A stretch of DNA of 64,000 nucleotides from Chrysomallon squamiferum (taxonomy: Eukaryota > Animalia > Mollusca): NCBI GenBank assembly GCA_012295275.1, contig CM022665.1, positions 44,578,001-44,642,000 of the forward strand, read 5' to 3'. The position numbers and the translations under genes were made by a program. Numbering within the stretch: position 1 is the first letter of the stretch; each line of letters begins with the position of its first letter. Shown here in pieces: positions 14,026 through 27,060 of the stretch. The notes beneath the pieces were generated by a model, which searched no databases, had not been told where the DNA came from, and worked only from the letters and a program-made list of their open reading frames with translations.

Positions 14026-15025
14026 TATTACCATTATTATTATTATCATCATTATTACTGTTATTACTATTATTACCATTATTATTATTATTATTATTAC
14101 CATTATTACCATTATTATCATTATTACTGTTATTACTATTATTACCATTATTATTATTATTATCACTATTCCTATTATTATTTTTATTATACTTATTATT
14201 ATTTATATCATCATTATTATTATTATTATTATTGTTTATTATATTTATTATTAATTATTATCATCATCATTATCATCATTACTTTTTTTTACTGTAGCTG
14301 GTACGTACCATACATAAAAATAAAACTCATCTTGATTTTTATCAATCTTGTGAAAACAACACTCAACAGATGGCTTCGTTTTCACTGCATGGATTGGAAA
14401 ATATGAGTCATAATTTGCTAATGTCCCACATATCCCATTTTTATCGCATTTTTATCTATTATCCCCACACTGTACGTTATTAACTAGCTAATTAGTGTGT
14501 GTATGCATGCCCTGTGACATACGAGAGTTATCTGTCAGACAGGCATATTTTCTAACATTAACAAACTAATGGTGGATTCCAAGACAGGTGTTGTGAGAGG
14601 TAATCATGTTTTTTTTTTTTAGTTTTTGTTTCTGCATTTCACGTGTGTGTCTCCCTGTTTGTTAAATACACAGGAAGGATCTGATAACGTTATCAGGTTA
14701 ATTAGATGCATCTAGTGTAATATGAGAGTTATCTAATGGCTGGAAATATTTTTTTGTAATATTTTTCGTAATATTTTTTGTAAGTATTCTGTGTTCCGAA
14801 CACACATTTGCAGGTTGTGTTTTACTGTTTTATCTCACAGTGTCAAAGATTACTTAATTAATTACAGTTCCACAGCAACATGTCAATTAATAAAAGCAGT
14901 TGTTTTTCTAAAGTTACCGAAAACTTTTGTGGATTTTGTATATACGGTCATGCAGATAATGTGTTTTTTTTTAAATTATTATTATTTATTTGTCAGTGTA
15001 TCAGCCTGGAAAATGTTTTTATTTT

Positions 15026-15067
<42 letters not shown>

Positions 15068-15414
15068 CATCTGTATTGGGCCTACAGCTGTTGCCCTATC
15101 GAATTACTGACTTACCTTATCATGTTGTCATGTTGCAATGTGGATGTACTGATCAGGTTTCTGCTTCATGTTGTGTTTCTGGTTTCATTTGAAGGGTGGA
15201 GGCTGAAATATCTGAGTTTTATGGTGTGTTGGGGGTAATTTGTCCAGCTGTTTGAGAAATCTGCAACGTACAGTGAAAAATAAAATCTTGTTGTTATTTT
15301 TTTTATTTTTTTTTTTTTAATTTTTTTTTGGGTTATTGATGTTGCTGAGTAAGGTAAAATTTTAAATAGAATTTAATTTTAATGAGTGCATGGTTTTTGT
15401 TGTTATTATTATTC

Positions 15415-15452
<38 letters not shown>

Positions 15453-16419
15453 GTTATTGTTATTGTTGTTATTGTTATTGTTTTGTTATTTTTGTTAAGG
15501 TTTGTTGTTATTATTAATGAAATTTAAAATAAATTATTAGTGTTTAGGAATTAAACTAATTTTTTTAATAAATGTTGTTATTATTTATGAATTTAAAAAT
15601 AAAATCGAAATGTTGATGAGTTAAATGAAAATTTTAATAAATGAATAAAGTTAATAATAAAAAAAAAAATGATGACAATGATGATGATGATAATAAAAAT
15701 AATAATAAAAAAATAATAATAATTTATAAATTATGGTAATAAAATTAATTCCAAAAGGTCTGAAATCCACCCAAGGAACACTTGTTGGAACAGAAAAATA
15801 ACCAAAACAGCCAGTTAGGAGATTTTGATCCTGTTGACCATCCTTCATATTCTTATAGCTAAAAAATAATTAGTCATATTCTGAAGCTGCTATTTTTTCT
15901 TTTTTCTTTTAAATTATTAATTTTATTTTATAAGATAAGATACTATTTAAAAAAAAAAAAAAAAAATTTAGAATTTTTAAAAATGTTTAAAATTTTTATT
16001 TCAGGAGCTTGGAGTGCAAGTGGAGGCAGCAGTAATCGCCAATCACTGGACTCAGCCAAGTCCAACTTACCACTGTCCACTTCTCAGTATTCCCTGGGCA
16101 AGGACTCAGGACGTGATTCCCCAAGCTTGACCGATGACCAGTACGTAGAATTTTCTTAATTTTTTTTTTTTTTATGGTTATGTTGATGATGATGAAATTG
16201 TGAAGTGGAAGTTGTTTTAAAATGTGAAAAAATAAATATATAAAATAAAAAATAAAATAAAAATAAATAAATGAATTGAACAAAAAAAACAAACAAATAA
16301 ATAAATGAAAATAAATAAATAAATAAATAAAATAAATAAATAAATAAATAAAACAAAATATATAAATAAAAATAAATAAATAAATAACAAAATAAATAAT
16401 GAATAAATGATTGAATGAA

Positions 16420-16464
<45 letters not shown>

Positions 16465-16807
16465 AAATTTCAAATTTAAAAAGTCAATAAAACAATCTTG
16501 AATAACAGTAACATCTATTAAAAACTGTAAAAACAAACAGAGAACAAAATTTAAAATGTTCAAAAAAAGTTTAAATTTTTTTTATTAATTTTTAAAAATA
16601 GTCCAATCCTGAATTAAACGAGAACAAAAATTTTAAAATATATTTTAATTTTTTTTTTTTTTTTAAATTTTTTTAAAAATTCCAGTCCTGAATCTGAATT
16701 AAACGAGAACAAAAATTTTAAAATATTATTAAAAAAAATTTTTTTTTTTTTTTCTAATTTAAAAAAAACCTTCCAGTCCTGAATCTGAATTAAACAGAAC
16801 AAAAATA

Positions 16808-16838
<31 letters not shown>

Positions 16839-19800
16839 ATTTTTTAAAAACTTCCAGTGCTGAATCTGACACAGCTGGTTACGCAGGAGACCAAACAAGC
16901 ACAGTCGCCGGAGACGAGACGGACTCCGTTTCTGACATCAACGCCAACTTCACCAAGACGGGGACAGACGCCTGGCTGAAGCGTCTGGCAATACGAGCAG
17001 CCAGCCGCGACGACGTCTCCTCCAGCAGCGCCGAGACGCTGCAGTCGTTGTCGCAGCTCACCAAGCAGAACATCCTCAACCTCGACCTGATGTCGCCGGC
17101 GCTGAAAGGTCCGAAGAAACAAGACCACGACGACGATGAAGTCTCCTCGGTGTACTCCCTCGACCAGGAAGGGTTCTACACATCGTTCCACACGGACAGC
17201 GGCCTCCGTCACGGCAGCAGCAACGCTGGTCTGGAGGAGATGGAGGAGAGTGAGGAGAGGATCTTCCCAGTGAAGGAGGCTCAGAGCATGCTCAGCATGT
17301 CCAGCACGAACACAGTGGTCTTCCGTCCGTCTGTCGGTGAGAAGGTGTCTGTCAGTGAGCAGGAGACACCGAAAAGGAAGAGGACAGCAGGAGGACCTCC
17401 ACCACCACCACCACCAAGACGAAGCAGCAGCATCAACCGCGTCGCCTTCCTGCAGGACAAGGAGAGTGGCAGCTCCAGCGACAGCTCCGCGACACTTCGA
17501 GCGTCGTCGTCGTTGTCGTTGTCGTGTTCCAGACGCGAATCGGACGTCGTCCTCGATTCGTCTTTCTCCGAATCGGATCAGGAGGCCGTCTGCGCGAGGC
17601 TGCAGTCTAAGACGAGGATTTCTTCGACGATGTACCCGTCGTGGTGCTCCGTGTCGTCTCCGTCCAACAGCGACGAAGATGCAGCTCCAGAGTCTTCTAA
17701 AGAGAAATTCGATGAAGCTTCTTCTGATGCATCAGCTTCCAAAACAATTTCGTTTCTGCCTTTCGAGGGAAGCAATGGTCAGAAGTCTTCTGAAATGGAC
17801 AGGTCGTTTACAATTCCTAGTCCTCTGGGTGGTGATGGAAAAACCTCGAGGACAGAGATGTGCCTAAGTGCATTGCTTCCATGAAATGGGACGAAGATGA
17901 TTATTCTACCACCAACTCGTGGCCGAGGACAAACGATCATCCGTCTGCAAGCATTCTGAAAATGGACAAGTCATCATCAAAAACGGAAAAGACCTTGAAC
18001 TTCTCTCCCACAGTAAACCTGTTTGATCCTGTCGCACCGAAGAGCTTGGAGTTGCCGTTACCAGACCTTTCTCCAACAGAAGAAGACACTTCTTGCATCG
18101 CAAACATCGCCGACAGTTCAGACGAAGGTTACAAGCTGGCTGTTCCTCTGAACACACCAGAGAAAGAAAGCGAATCATCAGACCTCCTGCCCATGAAATA
18201 CCAGCCGGTGATAACCGTGAAGCCCAGACCGAAAGGACCACAGAAAGGAGCCTACGTCAACCTTTCACAGACGGAAAAATCATCGCCGATTGTGATGTAC
18301 CCAACGACTCTGATCAAACCGCAGAGCTCTACTCCGGTGAAGACCAGCGTCCACTACGCCGTTGGTCAGCTGAACGTTTCCGGAGGACCTCGCGTTGTTT
18401 CGCCACACCTGACCTCGGACATGAATTGCCACAACTCAGGGAGTTCCTCTTCCATTCCTTCCATGTCCTCGTCGTCTGCTGAGAGCGGCTACATGGACAT
18501 GCAGACGCTGAAAACAGCCAGGTCCTCGGACACCCTCAGCTCAAACAGTTCTTCCATCTGCACGTCGGACTTCGACTCCAGCAGCCTCACCTACGTCAGC
18601 ATGTCTAGTCCCATCTCGACGCCAAACAACTCTTCCCTCACTCTGACTGACGAATCCACTCTGGATATCTCATCAGAAAACGACACCTACAGAATTTCCT
18701 CAGTGTATAAAAATGCTGATGCTGGTCCTGGTGCTGGTGCCAAGATGGTTGCTCCAGTAAGTGTTCCTAGTGCTCCTGTGATAAAAAGACAGTACGATCC
18801 TGTGAGTAAAACATCCCCAAATACGTTCGGTTCGTATGCAGAGACTGACAGTCAGCATATGTCCTCGTCGTATTCAGATAAAAGAATCCATCGATCATCA
18901 ACGAGTCCTTCCCTTACCAACAGTGCCAGGCATCACAGTGTGTCGAGTCACAGGAACACTGTGTCTGAATGCAACACCTGGCCCAGTTCTGGATCAGCAG
19001 CAGCAGCAGCAGCAAAACAGCATCCAGCCAAACTGGGTTCGAGCAGGTCTCCCAGCCAGCAGAGTGTCGGCCATGCCCACCACATGTCGAATCCGTTCGG
19101 CTGCGACAAGTCTGACCACTGTCCGAAGTCGTGTCCACTACCCCACTGCCAGACCAGCCATCGGTCACTCACAACATGCAGCCACCAGTCGGACATGAAC
19201 AACAGTTCGTCGAACCACGTCCAGAGGTCGTACAGCCTCTCCAAACAACAGAGCCACTCGTCAAGATCACCCGGCAGCAGCCAGAGTCCAACTCAGTCCC
19301 TGAACAACAACAACAACAACAACACCAGCAGGACAGATTCCTATCGTTATGCGATGAAGCACGAGTTTGAGAAAGGGACTCCGATGAGGAGCAAGGCAGA
19401 GCCTCAGCCCAGACCAGTCAGCTATCCCAAATCATTTTCCAGCTCTTCTTCTTCATCATCATCATCACCTTCTTCTGCAGCAGCTGCTTGTCCACCACCC
19501 GAAGTCATAAACCGAGCTGATTCGTATCGTTTTGCCGTCAGGAACACAAACGGCGTTGTTGGCGACCCGTCCCAAAGGAACTCGTCTTACCGCATCGCCA
19601 TGCAGGAAGAGTCTTCGGACAGCCGGTTTGAGGCGGTGAACCGATGGAGTGGCGCCGGGAAGGACATTCGCAGGATGGGAATCACAGACATAGACCAGCT
19701 GAAGTGCTACAATGACGAGGACAGTTCCTCAGGAAAGGACAGAACCAGCAGTGGAAGTCAGTTCGCCACCATCCACCAGTCCAAGAAGAAGATGAACGTC

Positions 19801-20274
19801 AAAGGGGAACTGGAGACGCTGCTGAAAGCCAACAAGACTCCTTCCCCGGACTCGAGCAGCCGCAGGTCCTACAGGAGCGACAAAGGAGACATCGAGAGCC
19901 TGCTGTCGCCGTCTCCAGACTCCGTGGTCAGGAGAACGAGCAGGACCGACAAGGACAAGGACAAGGACAAGTCCAAGTCCAAAGCGCGGACCTCGACCTA
20001 CATCAGATTCGATCCCATATTCGAGGACAAGGAGGATTTCCTCAACTCTTCCAGCGACACCCTCCGGGCCTCATCCCTCAAACTGTCCGAGGCTCCATCC
20101 ACAGAGACACTCTCCATGAAGGAGGACGGGCCACTGCTGGGCAGACACCTGTCTGCTCCACTGTCCACGAAGAGAAGCTCCAGTGGCAAGAAGTCCGTGG
20201 ACGATAAAGCCGTCATGTCCATCCTCGACAGCATCAAGTCAACCATCAAGTCGATCTCAGGCAATAGTAACTAG
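8335..20274 (+). CDS. NHS: NHS / NHS-like (GUK-holder, GUKH) family actin-regulatory scaffold protein, 5'-partial, spliced (whole in-window span)
   Basis: Exons 8335-8600, 11989-13056, 16005-16140, 16858-20274 join in phase (0,1,2) and give about 1630 codons if one base is restored at about 12766 and at about 17841. Family motifs: C-terminal half of a WAVE-homology domain (VGDL...MFTQDERPHCIKNLY...RKDG), SSSGAWSASGGSS (cf. NHS SSSGNWSGSSS), SVYSLDQEGFYTSFHTDSGL (cf. NHS SVDTEGYYTSMHFDCGL), PPPPPPPRRSSS. Start exon(s) not found in window. Confidence 0.8.
8598..9200. repeat. About 90-bp tandem repeat starting at an NHS-like donor site
   Basis: GTATTTATGAGTGCATGTGTAATA core repeated 5-7 times. 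Confidence 0.85.
10480..11228. repeat. About 180-bp tandem repeat
   Basis: AGAAATCTGCCAGTGATATACAG at about 10817 and 10993, degenerate copy at about 11177. Confidence 0.85.
11989..13056 (+). CDS. NHS: NHS/GUKH-like exon (contains apparent -1 frame break near 12765-12767)
   Basis: ttttcag|GGTAAA...TCTTCAG|gtgagt; ORF 12007-12834 overlaps ORF 12831-13079; only the second frame is in phase with the next exon. Confidence 0.8.
13880..14280. repeat. (ATT)n/(GTT)n-rich simple repeat
   Basis: Direct reading; source of poly-I/Y/L ORFs. Confidence 0.9.
15760..15850 (-). mobile_element. Degraded SINE relic
   Basis: Minus strand AGGATCAAAATCTCC...TGGTTATTTTTCTGTTCCAAC resembles the shared core. Confidence 0.35.
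16005..16140 (+). CDS. NHS: NHS/GUKH-like exon (GAWSASGGSSNRQSLDS...)
   Basis: tatttcag|GAGCT...GACCA|gtacgt; completes the SSSG-x-WS motif and bridges the phases of its neighbours. Confidence 0.8.
16858..20274 (+). CDS. NHS: NHS/GUKH-like terminal exon (Ser/Pro-rich; apparent -1 frame break at 17839-17843)
   Basis: cttccag|TGCTG; frame of ORF 17048-17884 then ORF 17860-20274 (804 aa); TAG at 20272-20274. Confidence 0.82.
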
Positions 20275-20860
20275 TCTGGACACTTAGTTAATATGTCAGT
20301 GTCTGGTAATAGTGACCAAATCTGGACACTTAGTTAATATGTCAGTGTCTGGTAATAGTGACCAGTCTGGACACTTAGATAATATGTCAGTGTCTGGTAA
20401 TAGTGACCAATCTGGACACTGGTTAATATGTCAGTGTCTGGTAATAGTGACCAGTCTGGACACTGGTTAATGTGTCAGTGTCTGGTAATAGTGACCAGTC
20501 TGGACACTTAGTTAATATGTCAGTGTCTGGTAATAGTAACCAATCTGGACACTGGTTAAAATATGTCAGTGTCTGGTAATAGTAAATAATCTGGACATTG
20601 GTTAATATTTTAATATCAAGTAATAGTAAAAAAATCAGTTATATCAGTATCAAGCAATAGTAACTGGACACTGGTTAATACGACAGTGTCTGGTAATAGT
20701 AATTAATCTGAACACTAGTTATTATGTCAGTGTCTGGTAATAGTAAATAATTTGAACAATAGCTAATTTGAACACCAGTTAATATTTCAGTATCAAGTAA
20801 TAGTAACTAATTTGAACACTAGTTGATATATCAGTATCTGGTAATAGCGACTAGTTTGCA
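20250..20860. repeat. 44-46-bp tandem repeat overlapping the NHS-like stop codon
   Basis: TCTGGACACT at 20275, 20321, 20366, 20411, 20455 and onward; about 13 copies, decaying 3'. Confidence 0.9.
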
Positions 20861-21869
20861 CTCTACTTGTTTTATCTTTATCACTACTGATTTTATTATC
20901 TAAATATCGAGGCTTGTACCTCTAATTTGGCTATACTAATAAATGTTGGTTCTAACTTACTGTATGTAAATAGGGGCAAGTTTTAAACAACTTAGAAATC
21001 CTCTTGGTTTTAAATTACCAAATCAACATTAGACACTGGTAACTTTTAAGCATTCCAGGTTAGACTTGGTAAATATGAGACATATTTTAATAGTCATCAA
21101 TATTTGCAGTATAATTAATTTTTTGAGAATTACTTAATGGTAGTTGCAAATTGATGAACATTAGTGTTAAGTTAACAATATCAGGCTGTAATAACTTAAA
21201 TTAACATTAACACACATTAATATTCATCAAGATTAATATTAATATTAACATACATTAATATTCATCAAGATTAATATTCATTAAATGATTAAATTACATA
21301 ATAGGTCAATATTAATAAAAAATAAAAAAATAAAAAAATAAAATAATAATAATAGTAATAATGATGATGATAATAATAATAATATTAATAATTTTTTGAT
21401 TTTATTCAATTAACATCACTGTAAACACAAAATCTTCATCCTGATCTTCAAATCAGCTTAGGACAATGATTACTAATGAAAGAATTAATTTTCTATTTTA
21501 TAATATTATTATTATTTTTTTTTTTAAATTCATGTCATCAGCTATACAATACACTCAATAGCTGATCACAATTAATTAACTTAAGAATTCCAAATTAAAC
21601 AAAAAATCTTATTCATATCCATCTCTAACACATACATCGTTTGTTTCTGAATTACAGATTAAATCTATGCATCTTGCTGCTTCCACAGTTTTTGCTTGTT
21701 ATTTCGTAAGACGAATGTGTTCATGGTTTTATGTTAATTTTAAATACATTTTCATTACTAGTTAGTCCAGGCTATGAGCCTTTTAGAATTTTGAATGTAG
21801 GCCTCGAAATATGTACAGACTAGAACGTTTAGACTTTGGTAAGGTTCAAGTTTTGAATATTCAGGCATA

Positions 21870-22125
21870 TTCGGAATATTTCAGAGATGTTAATTAGACC
21901 TTGGAACATTTCAGAAATGTTAGTTAGGCCTTGGAAACATTTCAGACATGTTAATTAGGCCTTGGAACATTTTAGACATGTTAAATAGGCCTTGGAACAT
22001 TTCAGAAATGTTAAATAGGCCTTGGAACATTTCAGACATGTTAAATAGACCTTAGGAACACTTCAGAAATGTTAATTAGGCCTTGGAACATTTCAGAAAT
22101 GTTAAATAGGCCTTGGAACATTTCA
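21870..22125. repeat. 30-bp tandem repeat (CCTTGGAACATTTCAGAAATGTTAAATAGG)
   Basis: About 8 copies; unit contains the inverted repeat AACATTTC-A-GAAATGTT. Confidence 0.9.
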
Positions 22126-23042
22126 AGTTTGAATGTGTTGTGTTTGGAAATTTCCACCATAAATTTTTAGAGGTTGTTTTATTTTCAAATTTTATCATGT
22201 AGGCTGTTGGCAGTTTAAATATTAAAGTCCTGTTATTTTCAGAGTTCAGTTTAGTCTTTTAAAATTGAATTAGAATATCAAAGATACAAAAAAGAAAGAA
22301 TCCCAGAACTTGTAAGATTAATAGGTCGAAAATGATAAGCAAAAACAAAAAATGATAGTCATCCTGTATTTAAAAAAAGACTTTTATTTTTGTTTCTGAT
22401 ATTAATGTTTAATTGCTAGGGACTATAACTGATTTTGTTTTTGTGACTAACTGTATTAAGAAAGTATTTCATGCTGTTTTTTCATTTTTTATTATTTTTT
22501 ATTTAATTATTTTTTTATAACAAAATTTAAAAAAAAGAAATATGTTAATAATAAAATGCTGATGTGTACAAATTATAAAAAAACCCCAAAAATTCCTTAA
22601 AGACAAATTTAAAAAGTGTTTTAAAAAATGTCTTAAACTGAATTAAGCTTATTTCATATTACTTTCTTCTTTTTGATTATTTGGGGGTTTTTTCTTTTTA
22701 AAATCATTTATTTATAATTTGTGAAAACAATCAAACCATTGCATTGAAACTTTTTCGTTTTTTTTTGTTAAATATAAATATATATATGTATTGTCTTTAT
22801 TTTTACCTTCTGGGCTTTTGAACAATAAAATAGTTTGTGACTTTCTCATTAATATTTTAACCTTAAAGGCAGATTTTTATCAAGTGTATCCAAGTATGAT
22901 AATTCTTTTCAAGACAGATAAAAAAAAAAAAAAAGGATTGGTATATTTATATATTGTTTTTTCAGGAATGTTTCTTTTGAACCTTTTGCTTGAGGCAAAC
23001 CTAAAACATTTTTGGTAAATCAGGCATAATTAGATTAACTGA

Positions 23043-23078
<36 letters not shown>

Positions 23079-24536
23079 GACTCAGTATATTTTTCATTTT
23101 GCAACAACTGTGAACTAAATGACTAAATTGATTTCCTATTCCTACCCCAGGCAGTAAATGTACAAGTTTACTTGTGGCTCAGTCTTTATAATATATTTGT
23201 TACAGGCAATACTGTCCTGTATTTCCTGCTTACTATGCAAGTTAAGAATAGGAATAATTTACATTGTACATTTCTGTTGTCATAAATTATGCAGGTATTG
23301 TAATTTTTAGTTCCTGTTTTACCCATGTCATTTAAGAAAACACAGAATTAAGTTCACTGTTCTGTCATTTGTCTAAATAAATCATTTTACAGAAGAAATA
23401 AATAAATAAAAATAAACATTTTGCAATAACTATTAAAAAGGTTCATACCCTCTCTGTAGTTTAATCATTCTTCAAAGAAGTACTTACAGTTTTTGAATAT
23501 TTTTTTAAGAACAAAAATAATGAAACCAGACCAAAGGATTTTTATGTGTATGCGTGTGTTTGTTTGTGTTTAAAATTCATACATATTGAGCAAATTGCAG
23601 AATTATTTGAATTTAGAGTACATCAAAATAAATTTTTAAATCAACGTTTATCCTATCTGCAATTTCATTTTATCACATAAATTTTAAACACCTTTTTATT
23701 ATTACTATTTCAGTCAATACATCGGCAGTTTCATTTTACTATGGAATTTTAAACAGCTCTTTGTGATTACTTTAAAAAATCTAGATTATTTTTATTCAAA
23801 AGTATTTATTTTTATAATAGTCTTGTAATTAAAAAAAAAAAAAAAATTATATTTTTTTGTTTTTAAATCAAAATCAATTTTACTGTCAAAAATTGTTATT
23901 TTTGAACACTTTGTTACAATTCAGAAAATACCCATAATGAATTATTCATTATTAAAGATTATGACTTTATTATTATTAAAGTTATGGGTGTTGATTGTGT
24001 TGTTATTGTATATATCAGTAGATTTAGTTTGGTTTTTTGGATTTGGTGTAGATTTTAGCCCAAACAGGGTTATCCATTCAACTTTGTGTACTGTCATCTT
24101 TATTTGAAATATTTTTATTTTTTTTTTTATTTTTATTTTTTTTAAAAATACAGTTATTTTAACCTCAGGAAATTCAGAAATGATAAAGATAAAGTATGCA
24201 ATGTAAGAGGTGTGATCCCCATTGGAAATTTTGTGTTTGTTAATTTAATAGGCTCGTTTTGGTGCACAGAATGAAAAATTCTGAGTAGAAAGGATTTTTA
24301 GTGTGTTTTAGAAATTGTAGAAACTTTTCTTTTTATTTGTTTGTTTGTCTTCTTTTTTTATTTATTTTTTTATTTTATAATTAAATGTTGTCTTTAGTGA
24401 TGCAAAAATTAGGTTTTTTTTTTGTTTTGTTTTTTTAAGATTACCAGTACATTTGTAAATTTGTATTTCCTGTCTTTTAAATAGTTTTTGTAACAAATAA
24501 TTATTTGCAAATCTTATTGGCCAGTGGAAACAAAAA

Positions 24537-24576
<40 letters not shown>

Positions 24577-24836
24577 TTCATTGGTTCTTTTGTAACACAT
24601 TGTACCAATAGGACATAGATTATTTTTTTCTTATTCTTATGATATCCATAATCAGAAACAACATCTTTAAAATTAAAATTTATAATAAAAAAAAAAAAAA
24701 AAACACTCTGCCATAATAAGCTTATTACATTTCTTATTCTGAAGTAAGCCAAATACAGCATGAAAGAATATATATATATTTATTATTCCTTTAACTTTTT
24801 TGTTTTGGTCTTAAATGTATATAATTTTAAAACCTT

Positions 24837-24867
<31 letters not shown>

Positions 24868-25089
24868 TTATTATGTTATTATTATTATTTTTTTTTTTTT
24901 TTGGATAAACATTATGTAAGATGTTTTACAAAAATGTTTTTATTATATTAAAGATAAAAGAACAAATCAAAGCCAAATGAAAAAACAAAGCACAAGTAAT
25001 CTTAGTTTTTATTTAACTTTTGTTTATTTTCAATAAACATGTCAAGAATATTTTTATTATTCATAGTTCATATTACACACATCATATTA

Positions 25090-25183
<94 letters not shown>

Positions 25184-26284
25184 GTTTTTAAAATTATATT
25201 TATTTTTTGAGTGGGATTTATGAAATGTTTTGGTACAGCTAGTCTTGGAATATATATATATAATAAATAAAACATCATTTCATACTGTAATTTATTTCAT
25301 AACTGTTTAATAATATCTAATATTTCACATCAGTTAATGTTCTACTATTATTATTATTATTACTTCACCCAGTAATTCCAGTCATTTTCATATAACATAA
25401 CAAAACTGTATTTTACGTGTGTATAACATTTTAAAACATTGTTAGAAAACCCAGTTAGTTCAAAGTTATACAAAGTTACATTCCTCATTTTTTTTTGTGT
25501 TACATTGTTTTAACAGTAGTCATAGCTTTTTTTTTTTTTGTGTTTTTTTTTTTTTTAAATATACTGCTGTACATTGCTTTAACATTTTCATCATTTTTAC
25601 TATATTCATTCATTCATTCATTCATTCATCTCATAGAGCAATCCATTTTGTCATCTGGACTTAAAATAGATTGTAATAAAAAAAACGACATTTTGACAAT
25701 AAATGTATTTTTTAGATACCCAACTTGGTTTGTTTTATTGTTAATTTTTAAATTTATTACCACATATATATATATATATTTTATTTTTTTCACTTAAAAT
25801 ATTTTTAAAGATAGTAAGCGTAAGTTGTGGTTGAAATAAAGAGAACAAGATTGGACTTTTTCGTATTTCAAATTATTATATCTAAGGCCATGATGACAGA
25901 GAAGGGAAGGTGCACATCAGTTAGTTATACAGAATAACTGTCATTTCCTGTATCTTCACTATTCAATTCAAAAGCATTTTACACTTCATCAAAAAATGTT
26001 GCATTAATTTTAGGACTCAACAAGTACTGTATTGTTGTATCACAAATAACGTACGGCAAATTTAAAATTTAAAATTTAAAATTTTTAATATGCATTAATA
26101 TGTGCATACTGAACATTTGAAAAATGCAGTGGAAATTATATGATTTCTGTTGCATCATCATCTTAGTAACAGATAACAAAACAAGAGACACATCTGCACA
26201 TATATATATATATTTGAAATGCAGGACATAAAAATTTACATACACGCATGTACATACAAATATTTCAGAGCCATTTGCACAAAT

Positions 26285-26326
<42 letters not shown>

Positions 26327-26759
26327 ATTTGTCAGAGAATGAATTATATCCCTGAGCTTATAAGATTTTAAAGAAAAGCTGAATAAGGCACTTAATAAAT
26401 TTGCATTTATATAAAAAAAAAAACACACACATACCCCAGAGGAACATTCTAGATAAAATAATAAGAAAGCTAGACTTTAATGTTTCATAAGCAAGGATTG
26501 TGGTCAGAAGGGAAAACTGAAATTTAAATAAATAAATAAAAAAAAATATTATAAAAAAATTTAAAAATTAAAAAAAACCCATTATAAATAATAATAATAA
26601 TAATATTAAAAAATCAAAACAACAACAACAAAAAAACCCCAATAAAAACCAGTTAAAAAATTACAATCTAGACTTGAATAGCATGTAACTCCAACCATAA
26701 ATGCTAATTTTTATGTCAGACAATAATTTTATATGTGAATATAATTATTATTATTATTA

Positions 26760-26818
<59 letters not shown>

Positions 26819-27028
26819 TAAATCTGGATACAAAATTTAAAGTTTAATGAAAACTTGAGACATAATCAAAGCAAGTATTGTCTGTGCATTTTTCAATATT
26901 TTCACTTAATTCTTCTTCAGAATTCAAACATGTATGAGATTCACTGCAAATTAATTGCATTCCAGTAATAATAAATATACTGCATACAGTTGTTAGGTTT
27001 CAGCTGAATAAATAAATAAATAAATATA

Positions 27029-27060
<32 letters not shown>

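Noticed and set aside
13826-14406. 142- and 187-aa poly-I/poly-Y ORFs
   Set aside because: Simple-repeat translations within an intron
17800-17860. Tiny intron explaining the second NHS frame break
   Set aside because: Weak donor (AG|GTCGTT), no polypyrimidine tract; a single-base homopolymer indel is simpler
16844-20264. Antisense and alternative-frame ORFs over the large NHS-like exon
   Set aside because: Expected shadows of a GC-rich coding exon; no recognisable motifs
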